Assembly (NCBI GenBank): GCA_964422785.1
Contig: CAYRCJ010000001.1
Location: forward strand, 1-43,377
Source: an uncultured Candidatus Saccharibacteria bacterium
GTDB lineage: Bacteria; Patescibacteriota; Minisyncoccia; UBA11713; 2-01-FULL-45-33
Length of the DNA stretch: 43,377 nucleotides
Direction of reading: 5' to 3'
The notes beneath the pieces were generated by a model that saw only the letters and a list, made by a program, of their open reading frames with translations, made no database searches and was not told where the DNA came from. Positions 26,501 to 34,359 of this stretch are shown here, piece after piece; the first letter of the stretch is position 1; each line of letters opens with the position of its first letter. The translations under genes were made by a program, and so were the position numbers.

Positions 26501-27171
26501 TTATTGATATTTCGGAATCAAAGGATGGCGCGGCGGGGGACAAAGTAATTAAAATTTTGGGAGAAGACGGCAAGGGCGCCGAATTTACCATTCCCTTCGG
26601 GAAAACTATTCTGGTGAAAGCAAATGACAAGATAGAACCGGGCGCCAAACTCACCGAGGGCTCAGTCGACATAAAAGAGCTTTTGCCGATTGCCGGTATG
26701 AGCGCCGTACAAAATTATATTATTGCCGAAGTTCAGCAACTTTATACTTTCCAGGGCGCCGCCATCAACGACAAGCATATTGAAGTTATTGTGAGGCAGA
26801 TGTTCTCCCGGGTCAGAGTAAAAGATTCCGGATCCACTCCGCTAAGCATCGGAGAAATAATTGAGAAAGGAAAATTGCGCGAAGAAAACGTGAAAGCCAA
26901 AATGGCCGGAGGTACTCCGGCGAAAGCGGTGCAATTGGTTATGGGTATTACAAATGTCGCGCTAACCACCGAAAGTTATCTTTCCGCCGCCTCGTTTATG
27001 CAGACCATGCGCGTGCTTACCAACGCCGCGGTTGAGGCCAAAGAAGATAAACTGAGAGGTCTCAAAGAAAATGTTATCATCGGCCGATTGGTCCCGGCAG
27101 GCACAGGATACCGAAAAGAATATATGAAAAAATTGGAGGCCGCTCCTGTTACGGAAGAAAATGAAGAATAG
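23542..27171 (+). CDS. rpoC: DNA-directed RNA polymerase subunit beta'
   Basis: A zinc-finger block [14 protein letters not shown] is present. Also present are [23 protein letters not shown], the catalytic [14 protein letters not shown] and [16 protein letters not shown]. Confidence 0.97.
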   Translation: [1209 protein letters not shown]

Positions 27172-27190
27172 AAAATTTTCATCAATTTGA

Positions 27191-27220
27191 CAAAATAGCG
27201 CAAAAGCGCTATTTTGTTTT
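27191..27220 (+). terminator. rpoC terminator
   Basis: aaaatagcgc aaaa gcgctatttt (a 10-bp stem) followed by gttttt. Confidence 0.75.
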
Positions 27221-27231
27221 TGGAGGTGAAA

Positions 27232-27453
27232 ATGTCCGATTCTTTGCTTGATGAATCGCAAGTTCATGAGACAACAATTACGGAATTGATTGGGCATTAT
27301 GGAAGAGATATTGACCACGCTGAGATACGCAAAGTCTATCAGGAAACTCGCGAAAGGCACGAAGCCGAAGCCAGAATAAAAAGTTTTCTACCCGTCATAA
27401 TTAAGCGAGAGGTCAAAAAAATTCTTTCAGCCAAAAGGAGCACAAGATGTTAA
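27232..27453 (+). CDS. Small (73-aa) hypothetical protein
   Basis: The SD ggaggtg lies 5 nt upstream of ATG 27232, which I prefer over the track start at 27214. The C-terminal motif ARIKSFLPVIIKREVKKIL weakly recalls actinobacterial three-helix-bundle dimerization domain proteins (..IRDFVPLLVER..). That is memory-level similarity only. Confidence 0.45.
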   Translation: MSDSLLDESQVHETTITELIGHYGRDIDHAEIRKVYQETRERHEAEARIKSFLPVIIKREVKKILSAKRSTRC

Positions 27454-27478
27454 AAAGCCCCCGTCGGGGCTTTTTTTG
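27452..27478 (+). terminator. Rho-independent terminator
   Basis: aaaaagcccc cgtc ggggc followed by ttttttt. Confidence 0.7.
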
Positions 27479-27562
27479 CGCCTATTTTTGTCTACTTGAC
27501 GTTCTTTTTCAAGCAATATAGCCTTAAAGATAGATAAGTCTCTTCTTTGAAAAGGAACCAGT

Positions 27563-29098
27563 ATGAAAACGATTAAATGCCTTCTGATTTCTATGGTTTT
27601 GATGTCCTCAATGTTATTTATTACCTCATCGGAGGCGCAGCGCGCTCCTCAAAGGAGGGCCGCCGGCGCTCGGGTAATTCAAAATACCCAGAAAGAATTG
27701 CCTTTTTATTTTCCAGAAGGCTTGATACAAACTTCAGATCCGATTGATCAATTTTCTGAATACCAAAGATTTATTTCCTCTACTTTCAGTTGCAACCAAG
27801 GCGAACCCATGAGAGCTGTAAAATTGATAGGGGAAAATCGCGCCATTAGAGTCGAAACAGATATAGACTCTTCTTCGAGCATAACAAATCCCAAAGCGAA
27901 GCTAGTTGTCATTTTTGACAATCAGGTCCGCATTGGCGACAAAATCAGGGTTACCACTCTTTGCGGACAACAGTTCATTACCGAAGATCAATTCAAAGTT
28001 GAAAAAGATGATTTTATTGAACACGCCATTCAGGCCAGAGACGCTGACTACGAATATTATCAGGATCTTACCGAGAAAGCCATTAAGGCTCGTGCCGAAA
28101 AATTGGGAATCAAAGTTGATGAATTCAAAAAAATTCTCGATGACAAAGATCCTAATTACGGCATAACTTTCAGAGAGCTTCACCGCATTCCAAACGCGGT
28201 GAAGAGAAGCGATTTTATGCCGAGAGAACTTCATTTGGGCTATAACACCGAATTCCCCGGAATTCTCGGGGTCACCTGGTTAAATACCGGCGTTGTTTAC
28301 ATAAACCCTCAAGCCAGGATGCTGGATTATCTTTTGAGCAAGCCGGTAGTGTTTGAGCATGAATTTATTCATGCCAATTCAAACATGCAAAAGTTTCCGA
28401 TGTCCGGCGGTTTTGATGCGGAACTCTTCGCGTCTATCCCGGAAATGCTCATTCCCGATGATCAGATAAATTTATTTTTCCACGGCTACACCAGAGATCT
28501 CAGGGAACTTGCCTGGATATATTTTGGTTTTAACTATAAGCAGGTACAAAAAGAAATAACAAAGTTCAATTTCGCAGGTTCCACAAAGATTGACGAGGAT
28601 AAATACCGATACTACTTCAAGGAACAAGATCGTATCAAGAAAGAAATGTACGATTTTTTCAGAGACGTGGTTTTACCGGAATTTTATTCAGATCCTTTCT
28701 GGTGGTCCGCGATGAACGAACGGAGAAACGATCAAAATTCGATTTTCAGAATTATGATGGCCGGGTATTACGACCCCACCATTTATGGCGGGCACGCGAA
28801 TACAATGAAATGGCTTTCAACCATACCGGAAGAAAAGCTTAAAGACATTGCCAGATCTTCTTTTGAGGAGAGCGGCAATCAGGGCAACAATGGTTCTTCC
28901 GATATGATCACCTCTAAAGTTCCCCAATTTTTGATTGATCAATACAAGAATGTCTTTACCGAAAAAGAACAAAATTCTATCCGTGAATATTTCTTGAGGC
29001 ATCCGGAAGCCGGAGAACAGGTAAAGAAAATGAGTGTCCAGGAAATACTGAAATTTCTCAGGCAGATTTCCGCGTTGTCAGTTGGAGGTGTAAGATGA
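27563..29098 (+). CDS. Secreted hypothetical protein with an HExxH zinc-metalloprotease-like motif
   Basis: A signal peptide (MKTIKCLLISMVLMSSMLFITSSEAQ) is present. HEFIH lies at aa 266-270 (nt 28358-28372), with a Glu 17 residues after the second His (FDAELF), a gluzincin-like spacing. I recognise no other family. Confidence 0.7.
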   Translation: MKTIKCLLISMVLMSSMLFITSSEAQRAPQRRAAGARVIQNTQKELPFYFPEGLIQTSDPIDQFSEYQRFISSTFSCNQGEPMRAVKLIGENRAIRVETDIDSSSSITNPKAKLVVIFDNQVRIGDKIRVTTLCGQQFITEDQFKVEKDDFIEHAIQARDADYEYYQDLTEKAIKARAEKLGIKVDEFKKILDDKDPNYGITFRELHRIPNAVKRSDFMPRELHLGYNTEFPGILGVTWLNTGVVYINPQARMLDYLLSKPVVFEHEFIHANSNMQKFPMSGGFDAELFASIPEMLIPDDQINLFFHGYTRDLRELAWIYFGFNYKQVQKEITKFNFAGSTKIDEDKYRYYFKEQDRIKKEMYDFFRDVVLPEFYSDPFWWSAMNERRNDQNSIFRIMMAGYYDPTIYGGHANTMKWLSTIPEEKLKDIARSSFEESGNQGNNGSSDMITSKVPQFLIDQYKNVFTEKEQNSIREYFLRHPEAGEQVKKMSVQEILKFLRQISALSVGGVR

Positions 29099-30639
29099 AA
29101 ATTTACAAAGTTTATCTTTTAACGGCTTTGATTGTTTTGATGCTTACATCGGCCTGCGCGCCGAACTACAAAGATAAGTTTATGGACAAGGGCAAGGCGG
29201 AGGGCTGGACCGAAGAACAAAACCTGGCCGCCTTTGCCTATACCGACAGGCTCTACTTTTTATCAAAAAAACCCGTAGATAAGCAGGAGTTCGCGGTTAA
29301 CTACGGGCTTTTGAAAGCCACTGATATCCGCAAAAAACTCGAAGGGCTTACAAAGGATGTTGATGAAATTTTGGATTACAAAAATGAAGACAATGCCAAA
29401 TATCTTGAAATATTTGATCTAAGAAAAGACTTGGAACACGAAGAAAAAGTTTTGGAGGCCACTTTGGCCAGAGTCCGCGCCTACGAACTGGATAATCAGT
29501 TTCAGCAGCTTATGGGCACGGGATTTTACGGAGCCAATTCTCAGATTTCAGGCGGATACGATATTAAAAAGATTTTTCTTTCAAAAAATGTCGTGAGTAC
29601 TTTCTCTTTTAATTCCGATCAGATTGAGGACGCCAAAAAGCGGGGAGTTCTGCAATGGATCGAGCGCGGTAAATTTCTGATTGAACGCAAGTTCGACAGG
29701 AAAGAGCCGGATCCAAACGCGCTGGACGACCAAAACGCCTTTGTATGGCGCGATCACAAAGAGGAATTGGAACTTACGAACTACAAGATCTTAAACATGG
29801 AAAAGCCGGATAATAATCTCGGAAATTATATTGAAGGTTTCAGGATAATCAACAATAAGAAAGAAAGTTTGCCGGCCCTTAAGATTTTCTTCCCTCAAGG
29901 CGGAGGAACGGGCATTATGGTTTTGGATACCGATCAGGAAGGCCGGGATCCCGGATTCGGAGTGCCTGATTTGCTCGAAAAAGTTTCGGTCTCAAGCATA
30001 GGCGATATAATGAGAAACGATCAGCTGCTTCATAGGCTTTTTGAAGAAAAGAAGCAGGCAGCCAGAGTGAAACCGGTTGCCAAGCCGGTAAATGTGGAAA
30101 TAGCCAGAGTCGGGCCTCCCGCCGATGTTTGGCAGCAATCTACCGACGCTGCCGGCTGGACAGTATCGTTTAACTATAGGAACAAATTGAAAGATAATTA
30201 CAATGTCAGGATAAAGCTGGCCCGGCCGTCTCACGCGGATATGGATCCGGCGCAGATAACCGAGGTCTCGACTTCGATTGAATATATAGGAAAAGAATGG
30301 ACCGGCCAGGACAGGTATACTCCTTCTCTCGGCGCGGTAGTGGAATTTTACAGAACCGTTCCTCCCTTTGATCAGAAAAATATAAACAAGGCGGACGTTC
30401 TGCATATGGAGAATACTAAAAAGATTTCAATTGATTTTCAGGATGGAAACGAAAAGGTGGGGATTGTCACCCCCTCCGCAAATAACCAATTTATTCAAGA
30501 TGAACCTTACGCGATAGAATATACTGAAGGTCAGAAAAGATATCACATTGAAAAAGATAACGGATCGACGGTATTTAACAAAAAGAAAGAAATTTCGCTG
30601 CCCAAAAACGCCAATACCGGCGTTTACGGCCCAAATTAG
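29095..30639 (+). CDS. Putative lipoprotein of unknown function
   Basis: The start shares an ATGA overlap with the upstream stop, with the SD ggaggtg inside the upstream coding sequence. A lipobox-like LMLTSAC has its Cys at aa 21 (nt 29155-29157). I recognise no family. Confidence 0.7.
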   Translation: MKIYKVYLLTALIVLMLTSACAPNYKDKFMDKGKAEGWTEEQNLAAFAYTDRLYFLSKKPVDKQEFAVNYGLLKATDIRKKLEGLTKDVDEILDYKNEDNAKYLEIFDLRKDLEHEEKVLEATLARVRAYELDNQFQQLMGTGFYGANSQISGGYDIKKIFLSKNVVSTFSFNSDQIEDAKKRGVLQWIERGKFLIERKFDRKEPDPNALDDQNAFVWRDHKEELELTNYKILNMEKPDNNLGNYIEGFRIINNKKESLPALKIFFPQGGGTGIMVLDTDQEGRDPGFGVPDLLEKVSVSSIGDIMRNDQLLHRLFEEKKQAARVKPVAKPVNVEIARVGPPADVWQQSTDAAGWTVSFNYRNKLKDNYNVRIKLARPSHADMDPAQITEVSTSIEYIGKEWTGQDRYTPSLGAVVEFYRTVPPFDQKNINKADVLHMENTKKISIDFQDGNEKVGIVTPSANNQFIQDEPYAIEYTEGQKRYHIEKDNGSTVFNKKKEISLPKNANTGVYGPN

Positions 30640-30649
30640 AATAATAAAT

Positions 30650-30702
30650 AAAAGACCCAGTGGGTCTTTTATCGTCCCGATGGCCATCGGGACGATTTTT
30701 TG
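30650..30702 (+). terminator. Double terminator: a short hairpin plus a 26-nt perfect palindrome
   Basis: The first hairpin is aaaagaccc agt gggtctttt (30650-30670). The second is atcgtcccgatgg|ccatcgggacgat (30671-30696, a perfect palindrome), followed by tttttt. Confidence 0.7.
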
Positions 30703-30709
30703 TTATAAT
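30681..30709 (+). promoter_or_regulatory. Candidate ftsK promoter with an extended -10
   Basis: TGGCCA (30681-30686, the centre of the palindrome), a 17-nt spacer, then TGtTATAAT (30701-30709). The leader contains the hairpin caggaac ttga gttcctg, and no SD precedes ATG 30740. Confidence 0.5.
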
Positions 30710-30739
30710 GTTTGCAGGAACTTGAGTTCCTGGAATCAA

Positions 30740-32938
30740 ATGTCCAAAAACAAAAATCATAACAAAAACAAGCCTGCCGAGAAACGGATTAAGAAAGATT
30801 CTTGGCACCATAGTTTAAAGCCGGAAACAAAAAATTCGCTTCTGGCCATAATTTCTTTTGCCGCTGCTTTTATATTAACTTTGGCGGCCTTTGGAAAGGC
30901 CGGACCGTTGGGAGAAACATTGCAAAAGTTTCTTGTATTCATATTTGGCAAGGGATTTTTTTTGGCGCCTCTGGCCTTCTTTTTGGAGGGCCTGGCTTTT
31001 ATTTTGGCTCCGGGCAAGCGCCTGATAGCTTCCAATTTGATCGGCGGCGCGCTTTTTTTAGTTAGTTCATTGGGAGCGCTGGACATATTGTTTGGCCCGT
31101 ATACCGGGGGATATACCGGGTATTTGGCATCCTTTCAATTTTTAAAGTGGCTTGATTTTTGGGCCAGCATTGTGATTTTTCTGGCACTTTTTGTTTCCTC
31201 AATCATAATCATGCTTAACATTCCTTTGCGCCGGAACAAAGACAAAGAAGAAGCGGAGGAGGAAGCTGATACCGAAGAAAAAGCGCCGTCAGGATTTAAT
31301 CTGGTGGAAGAAATTAAAGCTGCAGCCATGCCGAAGCCGAAAGATGACAAAAAAATAGCTCAGCAAAATTCTGTGGACGAGGATTCTGAATCCGAGGATG
31401 AAGAAGATATTCCCAAGGCGAATATTTTCTCTAAATCGATGCCGCAAAAAAAACATTCAATGATCAAATACACTCCGCCGCCGCTTGATCTTCTGGAAAA
31501 CGACAAGGGTACGCTATCGAGCGGAGATGTAAAAGCAAATTCCAACATCATTAAAAGAACTTTGGAAAACTTCGGCATCGATGTGGAAATGGCGGAAATA
31601 AATGTCGGGCCTTCGGTAACTCAATATACTTTAAAGCCCGCCGAAGGCATCAAGCTTTCGAGAATCACCGCTCTTCATTCCGATTTGTCTTTGGCTTTGG
31701 CGGCCCATCCGATAAGGATAGAAGCCCCGATTCCTGGAAAATCTTTGGTGGGAATCGAAATCCCAAATCGTTCTATAGCTCTAGTCGGCTTGAGGACATT
31801 ATTTAGCATGGAAGATTTTCAAAATAGCTATCCCCTGACTATCGTTTTGGGGCGGGATGTTTCCGGGAAGCCGGTTTTCGCGGATATCGCCAAGATGCCC
31901 CACCTTTTAATCGCCGGAGCTACCGGGTCAGGAAAATCAATTTCCATTCATACCTTGATTACCAGCGTCCTTTATAAAAATTCTCCGGAATTCCTGCGTC
32001 TTATAATGATAGATCCGAAAAGAGTCGAACTATCTATGTATAATGAGATCCCGCATCTTTTGACCCCGGTTATTACTGACGCCAAAAAAGCGATTCAAGC
32101 TCTCCGTTGGGGAGTGAAAGAAATGGAAAGGCGTTACGAGTTGCTTTCCGGCGTGGGCGCCAGAGATATTAATTCTTACAACAGCCAGATTCTTAAGGCG
32201 GACGGCCAAGAGATAATGCCCAATATTTTGGTGATAATTGATGAGTTGGCGGATTTAATGATGTCGTTCCCGCGGGAAGTTGAGGCTTCGATTGTGCGCC
32301 TCGCGCAAATGTCCCGCGCGGTCGGTATTCATCTCGTTGTTTCCACGCAGAGGCCTTCGGTGGAGGTTATCACGGGGCTAATAAAGGCAAACATCACATC
32401 GCGCGTTGCTCTTCAGGTGGCTTCTGGAATCGATTCAAGAACAATTTTAGATATGTCCGGAGCCGAAAAATTATTGGGCAACGGAGATATGTTATTTTTG
32501 GCGGGGGACACTTCAAAGCCGAGAAGAATCCAGGGCGCTTATATTTCCGAAAAAGAAGTTAAAAAAGTCGCTTCTTTCTTGGCTAAATCCTCTACCGACT
32601 TTGAGAAAGAAGAAATTAATTTGGACGTTAAGTTGCCGCAGATTCCCAACGGCCCAAGCGATTTTATCGGGGATGATGAAGGCGGCGATGATGATGAGCT
32701 GTTTGAACAAGCTAGAGAATTGGTGATAGAGGCAGGCAAGGCCTCGGCTTCGTATCTGCAAAGGCGCCTTCGCGTCGGATATGCCAGAGCCGCGAGGCTT
32801 TTGGATATGCTTGAGGAACAAGGCGTCATAGGCCCGGGCGAGGGAGCAAAGCCGAGAGAGGTTTTGATAAAAAAGGAGGGCGGCCCTGGAGCCGAAACAT
32901 CCGAAGAAAAAAATCTGTCGGAGCTGAATAATTTTTAA
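30740..32938 (+). CDS. ftsK: DNA translocase FtsK (732 aa from ATG 30740)
   Basis: N-terminal TM segments and an acidic linker are followed by Walker A LIAGATGSGKS and Walker B ILVIIDELADL. The C-terminal gamma wHTH is ASASYLQRRLRVGYARAARLLDMLEEQGVIGP. The track start at 30548 would run through the upstream gene and both terminators. Confidence 0.9.
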   Translation: MSKNKNHNKNKPAEKRIKKDSWHHSLKPETKNSLLAIISFAAAFILTLAAFGKAGPLGETLQKFLVFIFGKGFFLAPLAFFLEGLAFILAPGKRLIASNLIGGALFLVSSLGALDILFGPYTGGYTGYLASFQFLKWLDFWASIVIFLALFVSSIIIMLNIPLRRNKDKEEAEEEADTEEKAPSGFNLVEEIKAAAMPKPKDDKKIAQQNSVDEDSESEDEEDIPKANIFSKSMPQKKHSMIKYTPPPLDLLENDKGTLSSGDVKANSNIIKRTLENFGIDVEMAEINVGPSVTQYTLKPAEGIKLSRITALHSDLSLALAAHPIRIEAPIPGKSLVGIEIPNRSIALVGLRTLFSMEDFQNSYPLTIVLGRDVSGKPVFADIAKMPHLLIAGATGSGKSISIHTLITSVLYKNSPEFLRLIMIDPKRVELSMYNEIPHLLTPVITDAKKAIQALRWGVKEMERRYELLSGVGARDINSYNSQILKADGQEIMPNILVIIDELADLMMSFPREVEASIVRLAQMSRAVGIHLVVSTQRPSVEVITGLIKANITSRVALQVASGIDSRTILDMSGAEKLLGNGDMLFLAGDTSKPRRIQGAYISEKEVKKVASFLAKSSTDFEKEEINLDVKLPQIPNGPSDFIGDDEGGDDDELFEQARELVIEAGKASASYLQRRLRVGYARAARLLDMLEEQGVIGPGEGAKPREVLIKKEGGPGAETSEEKNLSELNNF

Positions 32939-32953
32939 AACTTCACACATTGC

Positions 32954-32985
32954 CAAAATAGCATCTTTATGCTATTTTGTTTTTA
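32954..32985 (+). terminator. ftsK terminator
   Basis: aaaatagcat cttt atgctatttt (a 10-bp stem) followed by gttttt. Confidence 0.75.
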
Positions 32986-33006
32986 GATTGAAAAAGGAGG
33001 CTAGGC

Positions 33007-33288
33007 ATGGAATTTGTGGTGTGGATTTTTGCTATAATTTTAGGAGTTTTTGGCGGGTATTTTTTGTCTTCAGCTCTCATAATAGCGCTAAGTGTTTTTG
33101 CAATCGCTCTTCTGATTTACATATATCGGTGTCCAAATTGGGCCGCTTTCTTTGCGCTTCTGGCGGGAGCTCATATCGCATTGCCGATTTTTCTAATTTC
33201 CATATGGATTGTGGGGATCATTGTCCGCATACCGCCGGATGCTTTTAACTTTCACGCGGAAGCTTTGAAAAGTCTGTTTTTGAGATAA
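33007..33288 (+). CDS. Small (93-aa) polytopic membrane protein, unknown function
   Basis: A strong SD aaggagg lies 6 nt upstream. There are three hydrophobic segments. The overlapping 32988 ORF lacks an SD. Confidence 0.5.
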   Translation: MEFVVWIFAIILGVFGGYFLSSALIIALSVFAIALLIYIYRCPNWAAFFALLAGAHIALPIFLISIWIVGIIVRIPPDAFNFHAEALKSLFLR

Positions 33289-33299
33289 GGAGGCCCGAG

Positions 33300-33419
33300 A
33301 TGATTTTTAGGATTTTTCTTTTCGCGCTGGGATTTGTATTCGCCTACTTCCTTCCAATACCCATGTTGATTCTGTTGGCGTTGTCCACCCTTTTTATTTT
33401 TTTTATTATTTATCGCTAA
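33300..33419 (+). CDS. Possible 39-aa hydrophobic peptide (below the ORF-track cutoff)
   Basis: The SD aaggagg lies 6 nt upstream of ATG 33300. The translation is MIFRIFLFALGFVFAYFLPIPMLILLALSTLFIFFIIYR*. Confidence 0.35.
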   Translation: MIFRIFLFALGFVFAYFLPIPMLILLALSTLFIFFIIYR

Positions 33420-33434
33420 AACAAAGGGGGCGTG

Positions 33435-33989
33435 ATGATAAAAACTGAAGCCAGAAGGGCATTGATAGATCTTTTAAAGAGGGCGTATTCCGGAGAACGC
33501 GCGGCTATATTTGCTTATGAAGGGCATTCCAGATCGTGCTGGAACTTCAAAGAAACGCAAGAAATTATGAAAATACAGGATGACGAAGTGCGCCATCGAA
33601 AGAGAGTAAAAGAAATTTTGGTGGAGCTTGGTGAGAAGCCTGATAAATTCCTGGAGTTAAGAATGTGGGTAATCGGGAAAATGGTAAGCGCGTCTTGCAT
33701 GATAGGAGCGTTTTTGCCGTTTGGCTGGTTTTTTTCTATGTACGGCGCGGGGAAATTGGAGGCAAATAATATCTTAGAATATCAAGATGCGGCAATATAC
33801 TCTTATTTGGCGGAGTGCAACCAATTTGTTCCGGATCTTTTGGAGATGTCCAAAACGGAATGGGACCATGAAAAATATTTTCACGACAAGGCCAGATCGC
33901 ATTGGCTCTATAAATATGTTCCGGCTTGGAAAATTCCACAGCCCAAAGAAGAGCTCAGAGCCTTTCTAACACAAGCAAAGGAGGTATAA
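33435..33989 (+). CDS. Ferritin-like di-iron carboxylate protein (COQ7/rubrerythrin-like fold)
   Basis: The ligand pattern is E...ExxH / E...ExxH: SGERAAIFAYEGH, QDDEVRHRKRV, GKLEANNILEYQD and TEWDHEKYFHD. The start is ATG 33435 or GTG 33432, after the SD aaggggg. Confidence 0.6.
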   Translation: MIKTEARRALIDLLKRAYSGERAAIFAYEGHSRSCWNFKETQEIMKIQDDEVRHRKRVKEILVELGEKPDKFLELRMWVIGKMVSASCMIGAFLPFGWFFSMYGAGKLEANNILEYQDAAIYSYLAECNQFVPDLLEMSKTEWDHEKYFHDKARSHWLYKYVPAWKIPQPKEELRAFLTQAKEV

Positions 33990-33990
33990 G

Positions 33991-34311
33991 ATGCCAAAGA
34001 AGATAACTGATCAGGTAATGATTTCTGTTGACGATTTAATAAAAGTTGATGGCGAGAACGGCATTGAGGTGTATGTGGTCAGAGGGATCGAGAAATCAGC
34101 GGCTCTAGGCAATCGCATTAACTATGTGGATTATGCAGCCAGATCCAATGCGTGTTATCAGGTGGACCTTATGAATCTGGGAGCTGAAGTAATTTCTGGT
34201 CTTGAGCTGATTCGTCTTTTCATGGATACACAAGAAGAATTGCGTAAGCACGAGGCGGAAGCGATCGAGCGCGCGAGAAAAGAAGATAGTTCCGGCGGAA
34301 AATTTTCGTAA
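33991..34311 (+). CDS. Hypothetical 106-aa protein
   Basis: The SD aaggagg lies upstream, 1 nt after the previous stop. I recognise no family. Confidence 0.5.
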   Translation: MPKKITDQVMISVDDLIKVDGENGIEVYVVRGIEKSAALGNRINYVDYAARSNACYQVDLMNLGAEVISGLELIRLFMDTQEELRKHEAEAIERARKEDSSGGKFS

Positions 34312-34328
34312 ATACAAAATAAAAAACA

Positions 34329-34359
34329 GCCCTGTCTGATGACGGGGTTATTTTTTTTC
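34329..34359. terminator. Bidirectional terminator between convergent genes (it overlaps the efp stop)
   Basis: ccctgtc tgat gacgggg forms a 7-bp stem including one G-U pair. It is flanked by aaaaaa on one side and tttttttt on the other. Confidence 0.6.

Noticed and set aside
30548-30739. An extended ftsK N-terminus (track start 30548, 796 aa).
   Set aside because: The extension overlaps the end of the upstream lipoprotein gene and reads through two terminator hairpins and the TGtTATAAT promoter. The FtsK-like sequence begins at ATG 30740.
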